64,000 nucleotides of DNA from Planctomycetota bacterium (GTDB lineage Bacteria; Planctomycetota; B15-G4), in assembly GCA_965248575.1 (NCBI GenBank), contig CBDFJQ010000002.1, forward strand, positions 1,696,001 through 1,760,000, read 5' to 3'. Made by a program: the position numbers and the translations under genes. Shown one piece after another: positions 50,293 through 59,700 of this stretch. How positions within the stretch are numbered: the stretch's first letter is position 1; each line of letters starts with the position of its first letter. Under the pieces are notes generated by a model, which was not told where the DNA came from, ran no database searches, and saw nothing but the letters and a program-made list of their open reading frames with translations.

Positions 50293-51107
50293 GCCAGGAG
50301 ATCCGCGAGATAGGGCAGGCCCACCGCCATCCGTGTTCCATGCCAGCACAGCATCTCGCCGTCCACCAAGCGGCAGCGGTCCTGCAGGGCACCGAGTTCC
50401 GCTGCATGCTCTGACCCGAACGGGAAGGGCTCGCTGGGCAAGAAGACGATGTCCGGCTCTTCAGCCAGCAGCTCGTCCACGCTCACGGCCGGGTAGCGCC
50501 GCTCCCGACCGGCGAAAACGTTCAGGCCACCGGCCTCACTCAGCAGGGACGAGATGTAGGTCTCAGCGTTCACGGCCATCCAAGGCTGGCGCCACACCAG
50601 GTAGGCGAAACGGAAGGGTGCTGCCTGCTGCTCCTTCCAGGATCGCAAGGCCGCACGCTCCTGCTCGATGCGCGTTCGAAAAGCCTTGGCCGTCCGGTCA
50701 GCGCCGATCAGGGTCGCGGTGGACTCCAGATCATCCAGCGCTTCGTCCAGCGTCCGCGGCCAGGCCACATACAGGGGCGCGATGGCCGACAGCTCGTCCC
50801 ACAGCTCGGGGCGGTTCTCTTCTTCGTTCGCCAGGATCAGGTCCGGCTGCAAGGCCCGGATGCGTTCCAGGTCCGGCGACTTCGTGCCTCCCACCTCGGG
50901 CACGCTCTGGACCCACGGCGCCGGATGCACGCAGTAGCGGGTGCGCCCCACCACCTTGTCCCCGCGCCCCAGGACGGCCAGCGATTCGGTCGTGGACGGA
51001 ACCAGGGACACCACCCGTTCGGCCGGAGCCGGCAGCTCGACGCAGCGACCCATGCCATCGACAACGCGCACACCAGGAGCTGGGCAGTCGGAATCGGAAG
51101 CAGACAT
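50289..51107 (-). CDS. Helical-backbone metal receptor (BtuF-like cobalamin/Fe-siderophore binding protein)
   Basis: RVVSLVPSTTE, VGRTRYCVHP, VGGTK, LQPDLILANEEEN, SEPFPF, VDGEMLCWHG. No clear signal peptide. Confidence 0.82.
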   Translation of the reverse strand: MSASDSDCPAPGVRVVDGMGRCVELPAPAERVVSLVPSTTESLAVLGRGDKVVGRTRYCVHPAPWVQSVPEVGGTKSPDLERIRALQPDLILANEEENRPELWDELSAIAPLYVAWPRTLDEALDDLESTATLIGADRTAKAFRTRIEQERAALRSWKEQQAAPFRFAYLVWRQPWMAVNAETYISSLLSEAGGLNVFAGRERRYPAVSVDELLAEEPDIVFLPSEPFPFGSEHAAELGALQDRCRLVDGEMLCWHGTRMAVGLPYLADLLA

Positions 51108-51151
51108 GGGCGAGATCCTACCCCGGCTGTCAGCCCCCGCGCCTCAAGCAG

Positions 51152-53806
51152 TCAGGGAATCGCCGCGCCCTCACGGTTACGGCGACGAGCCAGGACGCCA
51201 CCGACCAGGAGCAGCACGCCCAAGCCCAGGAAGCCGGCGCCGCCGGCCATGAGACCGACCCCGGTGGTGCCAGGCTCGTAGCTCAGCTCGACGACCACCT
51301 TCTCGGCCGTCGCAACCGGGATCCCCAGCAAGGCGTGGTTCGCCCGTTGAACTGCGGTGATCTTGCCGTCGACCCGGGCCGTCCACCCTGGATGCCAGGA
51401 CTCCGAGAACACCAGCATGCCGGGAGCTCCCGGACCGACGGCCACGCGCGCCTGCCCCGGCTCATAGAAGGTGACCGTCACGTTCCGGGGGCGCGCCGAC
51501 CCGTCGGACACCTGCGGCAGCTTGGATGCTGGCACCTCTGCTGCGTCGACTCCCTCCACGGGAGGGGTCAGGAGCCGGCCGTCGGGGTAGACCTCAGCAT
51601 CGGGTAGGCCCAGGGGAGCTTCTTCCAGCAGGATCGTGTGCTGCGGCTGGAAGTTCGGCGACGCCAGGCGTGCCAGGCGCAGAGCCTTGTCCGGCACGAT
51701 GGAGAAGCGGCTCGCCAGGAAGGCTCGCGGCAAGGCCTCGGTGTTGCGCAGCACGTTGACGTGACCGACGGCCTCGTGCAGCTCGAAGCCCGAGGGCATC
51801 AAGGCCGGGTCGTCCGTCAGCACCGCGTTGACCCCCAGCATATCCAGGGCTGGCAGGCTCAGGCTTTGCGTGTCCAGCACCCCACCCAGGATCGAACCCG
51901 ACAAGCGGGCGCCTGGCATGACGCTTTCCAAAAGCTCGGCCACGCGCAGGGGGATCATCGGTGCATAGGCCTGAACATCGTGCAAGCCAAACAGACCGGG
52001 GAAGTTCGGCCGCAGATAGCTGGGATCGTTGCCCACCCGCAGGATGCGGGGCGGGACCTTGGATTCCGACTCCGTGCTGCGCGCAGCGGACGCCAGCTGG
52101 GGCACCCCCAGGCGCTCGATCCGGGAGGCGTCCGCCGTGATCCCCTCGAGCGGAGCGGCGCGCAACATGGGCAGGGCCGCAGCGGCCAATTCCAGGGCGA
52201 GCACGGCAGGCACGATGCCAGGCATGGACTCGATGCGTGTCACCCACCCTCGTTCACTGGGAGCAGAGCGCGGGCGGAACAGCAAGATGGCTGCGAGGGC
52301 CGCTGCGAAGGCCAGGGCGGCGGAGCGGAAGGCGGCTTGCCCTGCGACGGCGAAGGCCTCGGGCGGCACCACGGCGAAGATGTCGGACAAGCTGAGAGGC
52401 CCCATCTCCATGGCTCGACCGAGTTCCGTCGCCCAGCGCTCGATGTCCGCGGGCTCTTCCGAAGAGGGCACGGAAACCAGCAGCATCAACGTGAAGATGG
52501 TGGCAGCCAGCGCCGTGACCCAACACAGCACGACGTAGCGCAGTCGCTCTTGGCGCAGCAGATCCAGACCACCGGCGCAGAGCACGCTCATGGCGAAGGT
52601 CGTCAAGAACAGCAGCCGCTTGGGGCTCCCATAGCGCAGCCCCGGCACATAGGTGGCGCAGAACTCCAACGCGGCCGGGGAGAGCAGCAACCCCATGGCC
52701 ACCAGCAAGACGGCAGCGAAGGTGCGAGTGACCCAGCGTTTCCCGAAGACGAGCGCCACGAGAGACAACAGCAGGCCCATGACCCCGATGCCCATCGACG
52801 TCTCGGCCCGGTTTACGGACACCGGCGCCGCGCGCGCCGACGGCGCATGCTCCATGGCCAACGGGTGCGGCCCTGCCAGGCCTGTCGTCGCCAGATAGTC
52901 CGGCGCCACCAGGTGGGTCAGGAGCGCCAGATCCAGTCCGTCCGCCGCCACGGCCTGCACGGACTGCTCCGCCCGGGCGCTGTGGTTCTCCACGTAGTCT
53001 CGCGTGGGCCACAGCTGCGGCGCGGCAAGCAGTACGGCCAGGAGGAAGACGATTCCAGCGCGCAGGGCGGGGCCCAACGCTGCCTGCCCGCGGCGCCAGG
53101 CAGCCCACGGACGGACCACCTCCAAGAGCACGGCCATGCCCGCAACGAGCAGGGAGATCTGCGGGAAGCCCGCCAGGAAGGACAGTGCCAGGGCGACGGC
53201 GGCCACGGCATAGGGCAGGGCCCTGCCTCGTTGCGCACCGCGCTCGAGGCCGTACAGCACCCAGGGCAACCAAACGGCCGCGCCCACCACGGGAAAAGCG
53301 TGCAGTCGCGCCGTCATCCAGCCCGAGAGCGCGAAGGCCAAGGCCCCCATCAAGGCTGCGGACTGGGTTCGCTTCAGGGCCCGCAGGTAGAGCAGCATGC
53401 CGCCCCCGGCCACCAACACATGCAGCCAGGCCATGAGTCCGAGTCCCTTGAACCCGAAGAGCAACGGGAGCCAGGCAGGCGGGTAATAGACGGCATAGTG
53501 CACCTCATCGATGTGAGGCACGCCGAGGGCCTGGGAAGGGTCCCATTCGGGCAGCTCCCGGCGATCGAGGGCCGCCCGGGTGGTGGCCAGGCCCGGCACG
53601 AACAGGTGCAGGACGTCCGACATGCACCAGTTGGGGTGGGGATGGGTGCTGAGGGTTTCGGGGCTCCTGCCCGCCGCCCAGGCCGGAAAGTCGTCGGGCG
53701 TCAGCGGTAGGAAGGCATTGCCAGGAAGCAAGCCCTCCAGGGTCAGGAGGGACGCCGCCAGGGCGAGGATCAGCCAACCGGATACCAGACCTCCATCACG
53801 CTGCAC
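51152..53806 (-). CDS. YfhO-family polytopic membrane protein (GT-C)
   Basis: PEWDPSQALG, YYPP, HVLVAGGGM, LAGFPQ, NTEALPRAFL, VFSESWHPGWTARVDG, RANHAL. Start taken at GTG 53806 after GGAGG. Confidence 0.82.
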   Translation of the reverse strand: MQRDGGLVSGWLILALAASLLTLEGLLPGNAFLPLTPDDFPAWAAGRSPETLSTHPHPNWCMSDVLHLFVPGLATTRAALDRRELPEWDPSQALGVPHIDEVHYAVYYPPAWLPLLFGFKGLGLMAWLHVLVAGGGMLLYLRALKRTQSAALMGALAFALSGWMTARLHAFPVVGAAVWLPWVLYGLERGAQRGRALPYAVAAVALALSFLAGFPQISLLVAGMAVLLEVVRPWAAWRRGQAALGPALRAGIVFLLAVLLAAPQLWPTRDYVENHSARAEQSVQAVAADGLDLALLTHLVAPDYLATTGLAGPHPLAMEHAPSARAAPVSVNRAETSMGIGVMGLLLSLVALVFGKRWVTRTFAAVLLVAMGLLLSPAALEFCATYVPGLRYGSPKRLLFLTTFAMSVLCAGGLDLLRQERLRYVVLCWVTALAATIFTLMLLVSVPSSEEPADIERWATELGRAMEMGPLSLSDIFAVVPPEAFAVAGQAAFRSAALAFAAALAAILLFRPRSAPSERGWVTRIESMPGIVPAVLALELAAAALPMLRAAPLEGITADASRIERLGVPQLASAARSTESESKVPPRILRVGNDPSYLRPNFPGLFGLHDVQAYAPMIPLRVAELLESVMPGARLSGSILGGVLDTQSLSLPALDMLGVNAVLTDDPALMPSGFELHEAVGHVNVLRNTEALPRAFLASRFSIVPDKALRLARLASPNFQPQHTILLEEAPLGLPDAEVYPDGRLLTPPVEGVDAAEVPASKLPQVSDGSARPRNVTVTFYEPGQARVAVGPGAPGMLVFSESWHPGWTARVDGKITAVQRANHALLGIPVATAEKVVVELSYEPGTTGVGLMAGGAGFLGLGVLLLVGGVLARRRNREGAAIP

Positions 53807-54073
53807 CGCTGACTCGCCTCCGTTCCCAGTCCCTGTGGACGGTTCTAGTGATCTGTACCCAGCGCTGATTGTCGCTGTGCCACGGCCCGGACAGGCGCTA
53901 CCCACAGCACTCGCCCAGGAGTTCCCTGCACAGTATCTTTCGACAGGGACGTGTTCTCTCTAGAATCCGGCGCCGGATGGCTCAGGCCGTCGGCCCCTCC
54001 TGGTCGATCCTGCCTCTCAGCCCTCCAGCCGTCTCTCCATCTCCCCTCCCCGATCGCCCGAGCGCCCCGCCCC

Positions 54074-54835
54074 ATGGAAGACACCGTCTACAAGGAGTTC
54101 CTGGAACTCGAGGACGGTCACTGGTGGTTCCGCGGGCGGCGGACCATTTTCATCTCCTTGCTCGATCGCTTCCTGGGCCGGCAACCCGACAGCGGCCGCA
54201 TGGTGATGGATGTGGGCTGCGGGGTGGGCGGCATGCTCGAGCCCCTCGAGCAGTACGGCAAGGCGGTGGGCACGGACGTCACCTTCCAAGGCCTCAAGCA
54301 CTGCGCCGATCGCGGCTTCCCGCGCCTGGTGGCCAGCCATGGCCCCGTGGCCCCCTTCAAGGACGGCAGCTTCGACTGCATCACCGCCTTCGATGCCCTC
54401 GAACACATCGAAGACGACGTGGGCACCCTGCGTGAGTTCTACCGCATGCTCAAACCGGGCGGCGTGATCGTCGCGTCTGGGCCGGCCTATCAATTCCTCT
54501 ACGCGCAGCAGGACAAGAACACGCACCACTTCCGGCGGTACAGCCGGGGCGTGTTCACCTCCCGCGCGAAGCAGGCGGGCTTCGTGATCGAACAGGCCAG
54601 CTACATCAACTTCTGGTTGTTCCCGGCCATCCTGCCCATCGTCTTGCTCATGAAGCTGATGCAGAAGCTGAAGCCGCCGGCACCGGAGCAGGATGGAAGC
54701 AACGTGGGCATCCCCGTGCCCAAGCTGATCAACGCCACCCTGACCGCGATCTTCTGCAGCGAGGCCAAGGTGCTGCGCTTCCTCAGCGCGCCCACCGGGC
54801 ACTCCCTCGTGATGGTGGCGCGCAAGCCGCGCTAG
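54074..54835 (+). CDS. Class I SAM-dependent methyltransferase
   Basis: EDGHWWFRGRR, MDVGCGVG motif I, FDALEHI, HHFRRY. This subfamily is typical of glycan loci. Confidence 0.9.
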   Translation: MEDTVYKEFLELEDGHWWFRGRRTIFISLLDRFLGRQPDSGRMVMDVGCGVGGMLEPLEQYGKAVGTDVTFQGLKHCADRGFPRLVASHGPVAPFKDGSFDCITAFDALEHIEDDVGTLREFYRMLKPGGVIVASGPAYQFLYAQQDKNTHHFRRYSRGVFTSRAKQAGFVIEQASYINFWLFPAILPIVLLMKLMQKLKPPAPEQDGSNVGIPVPKLINATLTAIFCSEAKVLRFLSAPTGHSLVMVARKPR

Positions 54836-54845
54836 TCAACGCGCG

Positions 54846-55046
54846 TCAGTCGTCGTCCCAGGCGTCGTCCTCACCATCGGGATCGCTCCCCACCTCGACC
54901 ATGGTGTCGCGATACTCCAGTTCGAGCGGATCCAGCTGTCGCACTTCGAACTCCGCCGAGCACTCATCACAGATGATGAACTGACCCTCCTCGGCGTCGG
55001 AATCCAGCTCGTTCATCACCTGGCACTTCGTGCACTCCCACATCAT
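54846..55046 (-). CDS. LysW/AmCP-like zinc-ribbon carrier protein with atypical C-terminus
   Basis: CTKC...G.FIICDECSAEFEV..LDPLEL matches the LysW pattern. The acidic tail ends in DDAWDDD rather than EDWGE. Confidence 0.68.
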   Translation of the reverse strand: MMWECTKCQVMNELDSDAEEGQFIICDECSAEFEVRQLDPLELEYRDTMVEVGSDPDGEDDAWDDD

Positions 55047-55193
55047 GAGGGTTCTCCAGACTCTCGCGGTCGTTGGGAAGGAATCGGGGCAAGAAGATTA
55101 TCGGCAAGCGGCCCGCTGTCAATGCCCAGCCCAGCGCCCATCACCCCTGCGCCGCCCCCCCCGCGAGCGGACCGTGACCAGACTGGCCCCGTC

Positions 55194-55622
55194 TCAGGAC
55201 GAAGCGGGGGAAGGCCCGAAGGTCAGCAGTTCGCGATAGAGCTCCTCCGCCATCAGCGTGAATTGCTCGGAGGCCGCCACCTCTTCTCGCTGCTGATCCA
55301 AGGTGGAGCGGCCGCGCTCCCGGGTGGCCGTGACCAGGTCGGCGCTACGCCGGGCGGCTGCCTCCACTTCGAGCACACCCTGCAACGCCCGGGCAGTCGC
55401 CTGCGGGTCGAGATGCGCAGCCGTGTGCCGGCCTTCGGGGGTGCTGTCCCGAAACCAGACCCACACGGCGGAATCATCCCCGCTCGAACCCTGAGTCAGG
55501 AAGCACGAACCCCACTGGTGCAGGGGCTCGCCCCTTTCCAGCTCCTGGGCCCAGCGCTCCTCACTGATGCGGCAATGCTCCCCCGGCTGAAGACGTTGCA
55601 AGGTGCGTTCCATGGAACTCAT
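55194..55622 (-). CDS. Hypothetical protein
   Basis: ATG 55622 overlaps the stop codon of the upstream asparaginase gene (ATGA), and the ORF fills the gap to the LysW-like gene. Confidence 0.55.
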   Translation of the reverse strand: MSSMERTLQRLQPGEHCRISEERWAQELERGEPLHQWGSCFLTQGSSGDDSAVWVWFRDSTPEGRHTAAHLDPQATARALQGVLEVEAAARRSADLVTATRERGRSTLDQQREEVAASEQFTLMAEELYRELLTFGPSPASS

Positions 55623-56656
55623 GTGAGGGACTCCGCTTTCAAGACCACGGTGCCCTGGGCATCGTCGGACTGGGCGTAATGGAACTTGGCATGCATGGAG
55701 TGCGCGCCCACCTGCCCCCAGCGGTCCACCGCCAGCAGCGAGACCGAGGGCTTCCGTGAACCGGCGCGCTTCATGATGCGCGCCAACACGTCCCGGCACG
55801 CTCGCTCGGGGCTCGCCCCGTGTCGCATGGCTTCCACCACGGAGAAGCTCGCGCAGGTGCGGATCATTTCTTCCCCGTCCCCGGTAGCGACGCAGGCACC
55901 GGCCTCATCGTCGCAGTAGCCACCGGCACCGATGATGGGTGAATCCCCCACTCGACCAGGGAGCTTGTAGGCCCATCCGCTGGTCGTCACCGCCATGCCG
56001 AAACGCCCGCGGTCCATGACGATCATGCCGATGGTGTCATGGTCCTCCTCGGCCGGTGCCCGTTGAGTGTCCTGCTTGGCCTTCCATCGTTCCCACGCAT
56101 TGCGGGCCTCGGCGGTCAGCATCTCCTGCTCGGGGACCCCGCGGCTGCGCGCAAAATCCAACGCCCCTTGGCCCACCAGCAGGACGTGCGGTGTGTGTTC
56201 CATGACGGCGCGGGCCACGGTCACGGGGTGCAGCACGTTCTCCAAGGCGGCCACCGAACCGCACGCCAGGGTGTCGCCGCGCATGATGGAGCTGTCGAGC
56301 TGCACCACGCCGTCCGCATTGGGTCGCCCCCCATATCCCACGGACGACGTCGACGGGTCCGCCTCGGTGACGTGCACGCCCACTTCACACGCGTCGATGG
56401 GATGGCTCTCAGGCGAGGCAGCCGCCCCCTGGCGGGTTCGATCCGCGAGCAAGCGCTCCCAGGCGACGTGGTTCGCGGCGCGCCCCATCTTCCAGGTGGA
56501 GACGATCACCCGCTCGCGCTTGGCCGTGCCGCGCATCCCGGTCAGGGGGCCGGTGGCACAACCCAGAGGCAGCGCGCTGGCAGCCAAGGTGCCCGCCACG
56601 AGCGAAGCGCCCGCCCGCCCCAGGAAGGCTCTGCGGTGGGGTGGGGTTGCTGACAT
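55619..56656 (-). CDS. Tat-exported N(4)-(beta-N-acetylglucosaminyl)-L-asparaginase / isoaspartyl peptidase (Ntn hydrolase)
   Basis: RRAFLG twin-arginine signal, SVGYGG, LDSSIM, HDTIG (autocleavage Thr), GRVGDSPIIGAG, ATGDGE. GAGGAG RBS upstream. Confidence 0.9.
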   Translation of the reverse strand: MSATPPHRRAFLGRAGASLVAGTLAASALPLGCATGPLTGMRGTAKRERVIVSTWKMGRAANHVAWERLLADRTRQGAAASPESHPIDACEVGVHVTEADPSTSSVGYGGRPNADGVVQLDSSIMRGDTLACGSVAALENVLHPVTVARAVMEHTPHVLLVGQGALDFARSRGVPEQEMLTAEARNAWERWKAKQDTQRAPAEEDHDTIGMIVMDRGRFGMAVTTSGWAYKLPGRVGDSPIIGAGGYCDDEAGACVATGDGEEMIRTCASFSVVEAMRHGASPERACRDVLARIMKRAGSRKPSVSLLAVDRWGQVGAHSMHAKFHYAQSDDAQGTVVLKAESLT

Positions 56657-56767
56657 GGGTTAGGTCTCCTCAGAAGAAACGGCGCGGCACCTGCTTGAGC
56701 ATCTGCTTGAGAGCCGGGCCCATGCCAGGCATTGACCGGGCCCAAGATCTGGCCATGGCAACCGGAC

Positions 56768-59700
56768 TCAGCGAAGCGTCAGGGGTTGGATCCAATGATA
56801 GGCGGGACGAGTGTTCCACAGGCGACGCCATTCTTGATGGGCGGTGTCATCCGGGAAGATCTCGTCGGGGCCGTAGGGGTACCCACTCATGCCATGGAAG
56901 GGCAAGGGTTCCACGGTCAGGGCCCGTTCCGTGTTCGGGTCACGATCCTTGGCCCAGCCATCCAGGTAGAGCAGGTAGCTCCGGGTCCAGCCCTCGGGCA
57001 GCTCGGGCACGGCCAGGGCCGGGAAGCGCAGCGTGAGCGCATCGCCGGAACCGAAGATCACGCTCCGGTCGTCGGCCTCACCCAGCAAGGGCAGCACGTC
57101 GCCGTAGCGGGTGTAACGCCCCGGGTGCTGATTCCAGCGCGGCACAGCGGCCAGCCGGTCCCAATCGTAGGTCTCGAGCAAGGGCTCGTCGGCCAGGCCG
57201 GAGGGCGCGGAGAAGCCCCGGCGCCAGAGCCGGGCCCCATCCGCTTCCACAGCGGTGACGCGACTTGGCCCATCCTCGCCCACGGCCAGACGCACGGCAT
57301 CCCATGCCAGGCACAAGGTGGTCTCGATGCGCACCCGGGGGTCGTCGCGCACGAGCCAGTCGCTCACATCGAGCACCATGGTCTTGGCCTTGCCCGCCGG
57401 GAAGCCAGGCGCTGGACCCAGCGGCCGCCAGCCCCCCGCTCCATCGGGCACCGAAAAGACAGGCGGCTCGAAGCTCACATCGGGATCCCGGGCGGCGGCC
57501 ACATTCACGCTGGCGTCGGTCCACAGGAACCAGCCCGTGAGCGCCAGACGCAACGGCCCCGTGGCAGGCAGCTCGTTGGCATCAAAGCTCAACTCCAGGC
57601 TGTGTGCCGGAGAGAGCCCCAGGAACTGGCCGCCCAAAGATGTGTAGGGCGTCGCCAGCTGGCCGTCGTGCCGCCCCAGGCTGTCGGTCCAATCCCGGCC
57701 CTGGTCGTCCACCGCCCGCAGCGGCGCCAAGGGCGCCTCCAAGACGTACAGGTGCTCTTCCGGAAAGGGCGGGAAGCAGAAGCGCTCGTTAGGATGAGCC
57801 TCGGTGCCGGCCGGATGGTCCACGACATCCAAGCGCACGCGATCGAGGTAGGTCACCTCACGCAACTCTTCGGTGAGCTGGACTTCATAGACGCCGTCCT
57901 TGGGGCGCAGTTGCTCGCCCGTCAGCAGCACGAACTCGTCGTGGTCCGGGGGCACCAACTGGCCCGGCACCATGGGCAGTCCAAGCGGCGTGCCGCCCAG
58001 GACATCCGTGAGGAAACCGTAGGTCTCGCCATTCCAGGCATAGAGGAAGGGGCACGAACCCACGAGCCCCTCCTTCTGCTGCACGAGGTAGCCCTGCCCG
58101 GCCTGGAGGTCGAGTACGTTCTGCACCACGCCGTTGGGCCAGGTGATACGCAGAACGTCAGCCTGCTCGCGCCCACCGAGACCGATCAACAGGGGTTCGC
58201 CCCGGGAGTAGAGGCGTTGGTAGTGGGGCCCGGCGCGCACTTCGACGATGGCCCCGCGGCCCCGGGGTTCGTCCTTGATGCCCTGCAAGGTGAGGCGCAG
58301 GGACGTGGCCCCGGGCCGCGATGCGCGTGCGCTGGCGACGGTGCCCTGCGCGAACCACAGCAGGTCGGGTTTCAGGTCGCCCTCGACGTCGACCACCGCC
58401 AAGGAGGCGTGCGCGCCAGCGGGAAGAGCGAGCGGTGCGCGTTCGCCACCGACCAGCTCACGCACCGAAGCCAAGCTTCCAGCGGGCCCAGGCCACAGAA
58501 GAGACGGGAAGCCCTCGAAGAACAGGTCCACGGCCTGAACGGCCCCGGGCGCAAACTCCTCGGCCGCCAGCACTCCGCTGGGCACGCTGATCCAGCCCCC
58601 CGCAGCGCGCGCGACGTGCAGCACCCCTTCGCCGTCGGCGCTGAAGAGATCGGGCCGTCCATCGCCGTCCACGTCGCCGACCCAGGGTTCGCTCTTGCCG
58701 ACGAAGTCAGGCAACTTCGACGATTGGTCGGAGAAATGGCCGCCCCGTTCGTTGCTGGCGAGGAATGGACCGCTGTCCAACCCCAACAGGAGGTCGACGT
58801 CCTGGTCGACGTCGAAGTCCTCCACCTGACACCAGGAGGCCGGCTGATCGCGCGGCAGTCCCGCATCGGTGGTCGCTTCGGTGAAGCCAATCCACTCCGC
58901 CTGCTCGTCCTGCTCGGCGTCTGCACCGAAGCCATCGTTGCGCAACAGACGCACGCCGAAGCTCCCCACCACCAGCAGGTCGACATCCCCTTCGTGGTCG
59001 TAGTCCACGACAGCCAGATCCGTGGCCACACCCGGAAGTTGGAGCAAGGGCTCAGATTGCCGGACCCAGCTGTCCTGCTCGCTGCGAGCCTGTTCATGCA
59101 CCCGATGGTTGACCATCAACTCCAGGGCACCGTTGCCGGCGAAGACGAGATCCAGGTCACCATCCCGGTCGGCATCCAGTGCGATGGCTGCGTCGACGGG
59201 GGTTTCGAGCAGGGTCTCCGCGAGCCACACGCCACTCGGCGCCCGGCGCGCGAGGGCCAAGACCTCACCCGCCAGGAGCAGGGACGGTTCCTCGTGCGCC
59301 GCGTAGCGCACCTCCAGCTCGTTGCCGACCTTGTCGTCGGCTGCTGTCTCGGGCAGCCGCAAGGTCATGGGGAAGAAGGCGTCGACCTCACCCAGGTCGT
59401 TGATTCCCACCCACTCCACCAAGCTGCCAGCGGGGAGGCCGGGGGTCTCCTTCACGAGTCGCGGGCTGGGCGGAGGGGCTGGCAACAGGCCGAGGTCCCC
59501 GCGGTCAAACTCCGCGGGACCGGGCGCGAGGATGCCGCGCTCATTGAGGTCTGCACACACATCTGCCCAACGCAACGCCTCCTCCTGCAGACCCTGGAAG
59601 ATGAGCACGCGAGAGAGCTTGTAGGCCACCGTCGGGTACCAACTCCCCCCGAAGGCCTCGCCGCGCTCAGCCAGCGCTCGCAGGTGCCCTTCTGCCGCGT

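Noticed and set aside
51638..53710. 690-aa plus-strand ORF, and similarly 5110-6648, 15643-17100, 42102-43847 and 45518-47197
   Set aside because: All lie opposite well-supported genes and have the His/Gln/Arg-rich composition typical of shadow ORFs.
56670..56732. 20-codon minus-strand ORF (MPGMGPALKQMLKQVPRRFF) containing CTGCTTGAG x2, upstream of the asparaginase gene
   Set aside because: Too short, with no RBS or homology evidence. It cannot be distinguished from chance.
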